Positions 57,689-64,000 of a stretch of 64,000 nt of DNA are shown here, in pieces. Position 1 is the stretch's first letter; every line of letters starts with the position of its first letter. This DNA comes from Elusimicrobiota bacterium. Lineage in GTDB: Bacteria; Elusimicrobiota; Elusimicrobia; UBA1565; UBA9628. The stretch spans positions 11,323 through 75,322 of the forward strand of contig DATLUA010000002.1 in assembly GCA_035533295.1 (NCBI GenBank). The letters run 5' to 3'. The translations under genes were made by a program, and so were the position numbers. The notes under the pieces are model-generated. The model was given only the letters and a program-made list of their open reading frames with translations. It was not told the origin of the DNA and ran no database searches.

Positions 57689-58527
57689 GAAGTCATGGCC
57701 TTTTTTTCAAGCCCGAGGGCAAAATCAGAAGCGGCCGCCGCGAACTCCCGCGGCGTGTCCAGGGGAACATGGTGGAAGGATTCGGGAATCTCCAACCCTC
57801 GGGCGCCCGGCACGGCCTTGACCGCCCCCTCGAAGTCCTGCCTTTCCATGACCGTGCTGAATTCCCCGCGGATAATGAAGCAGGGCATGCCCAACTGCGG
57901 GAAAATCGGCCACGCGCTCTCATAGAGGAACGTGAAAATCCGCCAATCCGTCTTCCAGGTAAAGCCTCTCTCCGTCTGGCGCACGCACGACTCGGCCAAG
58001 GCGCGGAACCGCGCGGCATCCATGCGGTTTCCCGGCGGCTGGAGATGGAAGCGCCCGATGATTTCCTCGCGTTCCTTATAAAAGGGCTGGCGCGGCTTGA
58101 ACCTGGCCAAAAAACTTTTTTTCTTGGGGTTGGGCTGCCGGTATTCCGGCATGAAGTCGGCGGCGATGAGGCCCAGGAGCCTTTGCGGGCGCTTAATCGC
58201 GTAATCCAACGACATCCGCGCCCCGAAAGAATGCCCGCAAAGAAAAAACTTGTCCCATCCCAGCGCCACGCGGGCTTGCTCGATATCCTCGACAAATCCC
58301 TCGCCGGAGTAATTGCCGTCCGCGTGCCAAGCGCTGTCCCCGTGGCCGCCCAAATCCAGCGCCGCCGGCGCGAAGTCTCGGGAGAGCAGCGGCGCGACGT
58401 AATCCCACCAGTGGGAGTTGCCGGCCATGCCGTGCACCATCAGAAGCGGCCGCTTTCCCTCGGAGGGCCAAACCCGGAGATGAAGCGCGCCGTCGGCCGT
58501 CCGAAGCGACCGCGCCTCTTTCATCAA
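57685..58527 (-). CDS. Alpha/beta-fold hydrolase
   Basis: ..LLMVHGMAGNSHWW.., ..FFLCGHSFGARM.. (GxSxG), and a C-terminal His. Confidence 0.8.
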   Translation of the reverse strand: MMKEARSLRTADGALHLRVWPSEGKRPLLMVHGMAGNSHWWDYVAPLLSRDFAPAALDLGGHGDSAWHADGNYSGEGFVEDIEQARVALGWDKFFLCGHSFGARMSLDYAIKRPQRLLGLIAADFMPEYRQPNPKKKSFLARFKPRQPFYKEREEIIGRFHLQPPGNRMDAARFRALAESCVRQTERGFTWKTDWRIFTFLYESAWPIFPQLGMPCFIIRGEFSTVMERQDFEGAVKAVPGARGLEIPESFHHVPLDTPREFAAAASDFALGLEKKAMTS

Positions 58528-59450
58528 GACGTCCTAGGCGCGGCGGCCGCCGCGGCATCCGGCCACACGGCGTTCTTGAATCTCCGGTGCACCCAAAGCC
58601 ATTGGCTGGGCTCGCGGCGAATCCAGTTCTCGGCCATGGAAACCAAAAATTGGGTCGCTTGGTCCGGGTCGCGCGCGGCTTCGCCCAATTCCAACTCGGG
58701 CCCAAGCACGACATGAACGATGCCGTCGGGCGTGCGGCGCTGGAACGATGGAATGATGGCCGCGCCCGTGCGCTGGGCCAAGCTTCCCACCGCGGCCAAC
58801 GTATGAACCTTGGCCCCAAAAAACACCGCCCACGTTCCCATCGGCGGAGGCGCGTACTGATCCATGATGAAGGCCACGCTCTCGTTGGCGCGCAGCGCGC
58901 GCAGGATGCCGGGCAGCGTGCGCGGTTGATAAAGGGCGCGAACTCCGGCGGAGAGCCGCGTTTTTTCCATCTTGCGGTGCAGCCATTCAGGCCTCAAATG
59001 CCGCGTGATAATGGTCACGGGCACCCCGCTCATGGCCGCGGCGCTGGCCGCGAACTCCCAGTTGGCCAGATGCGCGGAGACAAAAAGGACGCCCTTGCCC
59101 TTCCGCGCGGCCCGCTTCCAGTGCTCCAAGCCTTCGAACCGGGCGACGCGCGCGGCGTAGCGGCGATAATGCCCGGGAATGGGCGAGAACATATGCAGCA
59201 TCTCGAGGGCCAGGATGCCGTAATGCTCGAAATTTTCCCGCAGAAGTTTTTTTTGCCGCTCCGGCGCCAGCTCCGGAAGGCAGCGCCGGATATTGTCCTC
59301 CGCAACGCGGCGTCGGGCAAGCATCACATGGGTCGCCAAGCGGCCCAGCGCGCGGCCCAGGGGCAATTCCAGGCTCCGGGGCAAAAGGCTGACGGCCGAG
59401 CCGAAGGCGAAGAGTATTCCGCGCAGGAAAGCGGAGAGAAGAGGGTTCAA
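58524..59450 (-). CDS. Lipid A biosynthesis late acyltransferase (LpxL/HtrB, LPLAT family)
   Basis: N-terminal TM anchor; ..LFVSAHLANWEF.. (HX4D-like region). Family similarity is moderate. Confidence 0.7.
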   Translation of the reverse strand: MNPLLSAFLRGILFAFGSAVSLLPRSLELPLGRALGRLATHVMLARRRVAEDNIRRCLPELAPERQKKLLRENFEHYGILALEMLHMFSPIPGHYRRYAARVARFEGLEHWKRAARKGKGVLFVSAHLANWEFAASAAAMSGVPVTIITRHLRPEWLHRKMEKTRLSAGVRALYQPRTLPGILRALRANESVAFIMDQYAPPPMGTWAVFFGAKVHTLAAVGSLAQRTGAAIIPSFQRRTPDGIVHVVLGPELELGEAARDPDQATQFLVSMAENWIRREPSQWLWVHRRFKNAVWPDAAAAAAPRTS

Positions 59451-59463
59451 TCCGCGAAGACCG

Positions 59464-59967
59464 CTAAGGTTTCAAAACGACGATTTGACCGACGGGGCCG
59501 TTGGAAACGCCCGAATAGGCGGCGTAAATCGGGAAGAGGCTTTCCTTGGACGGCGCGACGAAATCCACCGTGATTTGGCCGACGGCGACGGGAAGCCAAA
59601 CGTGGATGCCGTGGGTCGGCTTGCCGTCGGCTAGAGCGTCGAGACCGTCCACGTCGAAACTGGCCCCATCATCCTGACCAGCGAGGACCGGGTTGGAAAG
59701 ATTCAGGCGGACATGCCGGCCCTCGTACACCGCGATGCGCAGGCCGGAAAACGGCGGGTTCGGATCGGGAAGCAGATGCCAGCGGTCATTGCGCCACACC
59801 AGATTGAAAGTCACGTCTTGCGGGGCGGCGGCCAAACGGGACGCCGCGGGCTTAAGGGCTTGGCTCAACTGCGCGAAAGTTTGGGAAAGCGTCGGGACGG
59901 GGCCGGCCTGCGCCACGGCCGCCGCGGACGCGATGACGATGGAAACGACGAACGCTTTTTTCATCAA
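59464..59967 (-). CDS. Hypothetical secreted protein
   Basis: Signal peptide MMKKAFVVSIVIASAAAVAQA. No recognised domain. Confidence 0.45.
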   Translation of the reverse strand: MMKKAFVVSIVIASAAAVAQAGPVPTLSQTFAQLSQALKPAASRLAAAPQDVTFNLVWRNDRWHLLPDPNPPFSGLRIAVYEGRHVRLNLSNPVLAGQDDGASFDVDGLDALADGKPTHGIHVWLPVAVGQITVDFVAPSKESLFPIYAAYSGVSNGPVGQIVVLKP

Positions 59968-60055
59968 TACCCCCCAACGGAACTGCCTTTAATAGTAAAA
60001 AACTGCGGGACCTCCTGTCAAACCGCAGGCCCGACTCGGAACGCCGCAGCTTGCG

Positions 60056-60084
60056 CTTGACGCGAAGGGGCGAAGTTGATATCA
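60056..60084 (+). promoter_or_regulatory. Candidate sigma70 promoter of the infC-rpmI-rplT operon (TTGACG, 17-nt spacer, TATCAT)
   Basis: Sequence motif only. Confidence 0.35.
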
Positions 60085-60122
60085 TCAGCCTCGGCCATCC
60101 GGAGACATCGTCGGCGGGCCGT

Positions 60123-60689
60123 ATTTTAAAACGGAAGAGGAAAGCCATCAACAACCACAACAACAGGTTCGGCGGCAGGCCCACCGAAACCGTCCGAATC
60201 AACAACAGAATTTCAGCGGCCATGGTCCGGCTCATCGATTCGGACGGCACCCAAATCGGAATTCGGCCCATCAGCGAAGCTTTGGCGCTGGCTCGAACCC
60301 GCGGGATGGACTTGATCGAAATCGCGCCGCAGGCCAACCCGCCCGTCTGCAAGGTTTTAGACTATTCCAAATACCGCTATGAGCAGGATAAAAAAGAGCG
60401 CGAGTCCCACAAGAACCAGAAGTCGGGATTCCTCAAGGAAGTGCGCATCAAGCCCCACATCGGGCAGCACGACCTTGACGTCAAAATCAGACAGATGACG
60501 GAATTTTTGACGGATCGGGACAAGGTCCGCATCACCGTGGTTTTTCGCGGGCGCGAGATGGCCCATCAGGACTTGGGCATGAAGCTGCTCAAGTCCATCC
60601 AGGAGCGCTTGGCCGAACTCGCGTCGGTGGAGCAGGCGCCGCTGACCGACCGCAACCGCTTGTCCATGACTTTAATGCCCAAACGCTAG
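60123..60689 (+). CDS. infC: Translation initiation factor IF-3 (non-AUG start: AUU at 60123 or AUC at 60147)
   Basis: ..VRLIDSDGTQIGI..GMDLIEIAPQANPPVCKVLDYSKYRYE..ITVVFRGREMAHQ.. There is no ATG between the upstream stop and the conserved core. IF3 genes typically start with AUU. A purine-rich GGAAGAGGAAAG lies before AUC 60147. Confidence 0.8.
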   Translation: MLKRKRKAINNHNNRFGGRPTETVRINNRISAAMVRLIDSDGTQIGIRPISEALALARTRGMDLIEIAPQANPPVCKVLDYSKYRYEQDKKERESHKNQKSGFLKEVRIKPHIGQHDLDVKIRQMTEFLTDRDKVRITVVFRGREMAHQDLGMKLLKSIQERLAELASVEQAPLTDRNRLSMTLMPKR

Positions 60690-60706
60690 GATTCGGGGAG
60701 AATTAC

Positions 60707-60904
60707 ATGCCGAAAATAAAATCGCACAGCGGCGCCAAAAAGCGCTTTTCCAAGTCGGCCTCCGGCAAATGGCGGCACTATAGGCCCGGCCGGCGCCACC
60801 TCATCGCCCCCATGAAGAACGATCGGAGGCGCGCTCTCAATCAAAAAAACGAGTTGACCAGGACCGAGGGACGGACGATGTCCCGGTTCCTGCCCTACGC
60901 ATAA
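60707..60904 (+). CDS. rpmI: 50S ribosomal protein L35
   Basis: MPKIKSHSGAKKRF.. is canonical. Confidence 0.9.
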   Translation: MPKIKSHSGAKKRFSKSASGKWRHYRPGRRHLIAPMKNDRRRALNQKNELTRTEGRTMSRFLPYA

Positions 60905-60907
60905 GCC

Positions 60908-61258
60908 ATGAGAATAAAATCCGGAGTCACCACCCGCCGCCACAAGAAGAAGAAGTTCAAGCTCGCCAAGGGCTTTTATTCGGACAAGAGCCGCAAATGG
61001 CGCCAGGTCAAGCAGGCCGTCGAGCGCTCGCTGGCGGTCGCCTACGTGGGACGCAAGGACCGCAAGGGCGATTTCCGCTCTCTGTGGATCACCCGCATCA
61101 ACGCCGCCTGCCGCGAGCACGGCGTCACCTACGGGCGCTTCATCTCTGGCTTGAAGAAAGCCGGCGTGACCTTGAACCGCAAGATGCTTTCCGAGATGGC
61201 CATCAGGGACGGCGCCTCGTTCAAGAAGCTGGTGTCCTTGGCGTCCGGCGGCGCGTAA
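60908..61258 (+). CDS. rplT: 50S ribosomal protein L20
   Basis: MRIKSGVTTRRHKKKKFKLAKGFY.. is canonical. Confidence 0.9.
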   Translation: MRIKSGVTTRRHKKKKFKLAKGFYSDKSRKWRQVKQAVERSLAVAYVGRKDRKGDFRSLWITRINAACREHGVTYGRFISGLKKAGVTLNRKMLSEMAIRDGASFKKLVSLASGGA

Positions 61259-61272
61259 AGCCCGCGCCCGTC

Positions 61273-61329
61273 GTTCCGGCGCAAGCCGGAATCCATATGA
61301 CTGGGCCCCGGCTTACGGATTGCCGGGGC
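61273..61329 (+). promoter_or_regulatory. Two consecutive stem-loops (TTCCGGC-GCAA-GCCGGAA and GGCCCCGGC..GCCGGGGC) between rplT and pheS; possible terminator/attenuator
   Basis: Perfect 7-bp and 8-bp inverted repeats. A T-rich stretch (gttttagagtagtttttt) follows about 15 nt later. Confidence 0.35.
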
Positions 61330-61363
61330 GACGCGAGGAAAGGGTTTTAGAGTAGTTTTTTCC

Positions 61364-62419
61364 ATGCCCGAAACCGACCGCAAACAATGGGAATCCCAGT
61401 TGGAGGCCGTGCGCGCGGCTTTCGCGGCGACGGCAGCGCAGACAGCGGCCGATCTCAAAGCCCTCGATGACATCCGCGTGCGGTTCTTGGGCCGTAAAGG
61501 CGGGCTGACCGAACTTCTTAAGCTCCTTAAAGATTTCCCTATCGCGGAAAAACGTGAGCTGGGCCCCAAGGCCCAGGAAACCAAGGAAAGCTTCGAGGCC
61601 GTCATCGCGCGCCGCCAAATGGAGCTCGAGGAAAACCTTCTGCAATCCAAATTGTCGGGCCAGCGCATCGACGTCAGCCTGCCTTCCTACCGCGAGCCGC
61701 GCGGTCGCCTGCACCCGCTGACTTTAGTCATGGATGAGATGACGCGCATCCTCACACTGATGGGATTCTCCCTGGCGCAAGGCCCTCACGTGGAAACGGA
61801 GCACCACAACTTCGAGGCGCTCAATATCCCCAAGCATCACCCGGCGCGGGACATGCTTGACACCTTTTACCTCAAAGGCGCTCCCGGCGTCCTGCGCACC
61901 CACACATCTCCGGTGCAAATCCGTGTCATGGAAAAACAAAAACCTCCTCTGCGCATCATCTGTCCCGGGCGCGTCTTCCGCCACGAGGAAGTGGACGCCT
62001 CCCACTCCTCCGTGTTCCATCAAATCGAAGGACTGGCCGTGGACAAGGGCGTTTCCTTCGCCGACCTGAAGGGCACTCTCGATTTCTTCTTAAAGGAACT
62101 CTTCGGCCAGAAGACTCAGACCCGCTACCGCCCTTCCTATTTTCCGTTCACCGAGCCCTCGACCGAGGTCGACGTCCGGTGCCTATTCTGCTCAGGCGCC
62201 GGCTGCCCGGCCTGCAAAAGATCGGGCTGGATGGAAATTTTAGGCGCCGGCGTCGTGAACCCCAACGTGCTCAAGGCCGTGGGCCTGGATCCCGCGCAAT
62301 GGTCGGGATTTGCCTTCGGCGTGGGCGTCGAGCGCGTGGCCATGCTGCGCCTGGGCGTCAACGACATGCGGCTTTTCTACGAGAACGACCAGCGCTTTCT
62401 CGTTCAATTCGACGGCTGA
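61364..62419 (+). CDS. pheS: Phenylalanyl-tRNA synthetase alpha subunit
   Basis: ..HHPARDMLDTFY.., ..RTHTSPVQIR.., ..FPFTEPS.. motifs. Confidence 0.95.
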   Translation: MPETDRKQWESQLEAVRAAFAATAAQTAADLKALDDIRVRFLGRKGGLTELLKLLKDFPIAEKRELGPKAQETKESFEAVIARRQMELEENLLQSKLSGQRIDVSLPSYREPRGRLHPLTLVMDEMTRILTLMGFSLAQGPHVETEHHNFEALNIPKHHPARDMLDTFYLKGAPGVLRTHTSPVQIRVMEKQKPPLRIICPGRVFRHEEVDASHSSVFHQIEGLAVDKGVSFADLKGTLDFFLKELFGQKTQTRYRPSYFPFTEPSTEVDVRCLFCSGAGCPACKRSGWMEILGAGVVNPNVLKAVGLDPAQWSGFAFGVGVERVAMLRLGVNDMRLFYENDQRFLVQFDG

Positions 62420-62425
62420 AACAAG

Positions 62426-64000
62426 ATGAAAATTTCTCTTGAGTGGCTCAAGGAGCACCTGCCGTCCTTAAACCTCGGCGCGGAGGAGTTGGCCAAGGCG
62501 CTGCTGAACCTGGGCCTGGAGGTGTCCTCCATACAGCGCCGCGGCGCGGCCTTTTCGGGCGTCGCGGCCGCGAAAATTCTCTCGGTCGGCAAGCACCCCA
62601 ACGCGGACAGGCTTTCGGTCTGCTCGGTGGAGTCCGGCGGAGAGGTTTTCCCCGTGGTCTGCGGCGCTAAGAACATCGCGGCCGGGCAAATCGTCCCTTT
62701 GGCCCGGCCCGGGGCCACTCTTCCGGGCGGGCGGACCTTGGCCAAGACCGTCATCCGCGGCGTGGAATCCCAGGGCATGCTCTGCTCCGCGGCGGAATTG
62801 GGCCTGGGTTCGGATCACGGCGGCATCCTTATCCTAAAACCCGATACTCCGAGCGGCGCGGATCTAAGCTCCCTGCTAGCCAAGCCGGACTTGGTCCTGG
62901 AAGTCGAAGTCACGCCCAACCGGCCGGATTGCCTCTCGCACCTGGGGCTGGCCCGGGAACTCTCGGCGGCGCTGTCCCTACCGCTGCGAATTCGTCAGCT
63001 GGCGCCCCTTCTTGAGGCCGTGGCTCCGCTTAAAATCAGCGTGGCGGACGCGGGTGCCTGCCCGCTCTACACCGGCAAGGTTTTTTCCGGCCTGGACATC
63101 AGGCCCAGCCCCGGATGGCTCTGCGCCAGGTTGGAAGCCGTGGGGCTGCGGCCCATCAACGCCCTGGTGGACATCACCAACTACGTCTTGATGGACGTCG
63201 GGCAGCCCCTGCACGCCTTCGACTACGACAAAATCGCGGGCGGCGAAATCGCGGTGCGCTTCGCCAAAAAGGGCGAGAGCATCGCGGCCTTGGACGGAAA
63301 AACCTACGAGCTCGCGCCGGAATGCCTGGTCGTCGCCGACGCCCAAAGGCCCGCGGCCATAGCCGGAATCATGGGCGGAATGGAGAGCTCCATCACGGAC
63401 ACGACCAAGCGGGCGCTGCTGGAAAGCGCGTGCTTTTCCCCGGTCGCGGTCCGGCGCGGCTCGCAACTCCTGCGCCTGCGCTCGGACTCCTCATACCGTT
63501 TCGAGCGCGGGACCGACCCGGCGGCGGCGCCCGCGGCTGCGGCCCTGGCGGAGACTCTGCTCCGCGAGCTGTGCGGAAAATCAGTCCGAGCGGACGCTTC
63601 GGCGAGCGCGGGCAAGACTCCTTCCGCGGCCGAGCCCATTTCGGTCTCGGCCGCGCGCATCAACCAAATCCTCGGCTCGGATTTCGCCCCGACGGAAATT
63701 TCCCAGGCTTTGAACCGCATTTCGGCGCGGCCGGACTCATCCGCGAGCGGCATCACCTTTTACCCCCCAAGCTACCGGCGGGACTTGGCCACGGAATGGG
63801 ACTTGGCGGAAGAGACCGCCAGGCTGCTTGGCTACGACCGCATCCCGGCGCGGGAACCCGTCTCGCGCCCGGCTTTGTCCCGCGTGGAGGCGGGGCACGC
63901 GGCTTTGGTCCGCTGCCGCGCGCGCCTGAGCGCGGCGGGACTCTTGGAAGCCTTCAACCACGATTTTGTCTCGGAGAAAGTTCTCGCCGCTTCCCGGCAA
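62426..64000 (+). CDS. pheT: Phenylalanyl-tRNA synthetase beta subunit, N-terminal part (continues past the window end)
   Basis: Not in the ORF track because no stop lies in the window. MKISLEWLKEHLP.., then a tRNA-binding domain (..AAKILSVGKHPNADRLSVC..) and a B3/4 region (..PINALVDITNYVLMDVGQPLHAFD..). Confidence 0.9.
   Translation, partial: MKISLEWLKEHLPSLNLGAEELAKALLNLGLEVSSIQRRGAAFSGVAAAKILSVGKHPNADRLSVCSVESGGEVFPVVCGAKNIAAGQIVPLARPGATLPGGRTLAKTVIRGVESQGMLCSAAELGLGSDHGGILILKPDTPSGADLSSLLAKPDLVLEVEVTPNRPDCLSHLGLARELSAALSLPLRIRQLAPLLEAVAPLKISVADAGACPLYTGKVFSGLDIRPSPGWLCARLEAVGLRPINALVDITNYVLMDVGQPLHAFDYDKIAGGEIAVRFAKKGESIAALDGKTYELAPECLVVADAQRPAAIAGIMGGMESSITDTTKRALLESACFSPVAVRRGSQLLRLRSDSSYRFERGTDPAAAPAAAALAETLLRELCGKSVRADASASAGKTPSAAEPISVSAARINQILGSDFAPTEISQALNRISARPDSSASGITFYPPSYRRDLATEWDLAEETARLLGYDRIPAREPVSRPALSRVEAGHAALVRCRARLSAAGLLEAFNHDFVSEKVLAASRQ

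Noticed and set aside
60000-60040. Hairpin CTGCGG..CCGCAG upstream of infC as a terminator
   Set aside because: It is not followed by a T-run and lies upstream of divergent gene starts. It more likely falls within the promoter region.

Overview
This is a high-GC (about 65%), tightly packed bacterial chromosomal window. Genes sit almost entirely on one strand per block, and many junctions are 4-nt ATGA or GTGA stop/start overlaps, which implies translational coupling. The provided ORF track omits ORFs that run off the window edge; two real genes were recovered by reading the sequence directly: a membrane Ser/Thr kinase at the left edge and pheT at the right edge. Recognisable core content: smpB, tRNA-Leu(CAG), a split methylmalonyl-CoA mutase operon (meaB, B12-binding subunit, catalytic subunit) that also carries a PilB/GspE-type ATPase and a GAF/HD-GYP protein, ksgA, murC, an RdgB(Ham1)-TPR fusion, mutY, a trans-sulfuration PLP enzyme with a roughly 500-nt leader, a lipase-maturation-factor homolog, pepE, an acyl-CoA dehydrogenase, ileS, lspA, rlmD, queF, a 2-oxoacid dehydrogenase E1 alpha/beta pair, an ABC exporter, a PduO-type adenosyltransferase, an S9 peptidase, and the infC-rpmI-rplT-pheS-pheT cluster. 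An accessory stretch (about 18.1-25.6 kb) carries an AbiEi/AbiEii-like pair, RhuM, a pRiA4b-ORF3-like protein, a HigB/HigA-like toxin-antitoxin module and an HNH endonuclease. It ends in a low-GC 2.4-kb islet bounded by imperfect direct repeats that duplicate the 3' end and terminator of tRNA-Asp(GTC), an att-site-like signature with no integrase left. The most unusual feature is a two-gene minus-strand operon of giant proteins (46.5-56.3 kb). One is about 1760 aa and fuses a signal peptide, a YwhC-like M50 membrane metalloprotease domain and a ClpA/ClpB-like double AAA+ module. The other is a 1493-aa Ala-rich secreted protein with a similar (apparently paralogous) N-terminal signal region. 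A 22-nt perfect palindrome lies upstream of the operon. Also notable is a P1B-type ATPase homolog that keeps the CPC and HP motifs but has lost TGES, DKTGT (now GKTGV) and GDGIND.
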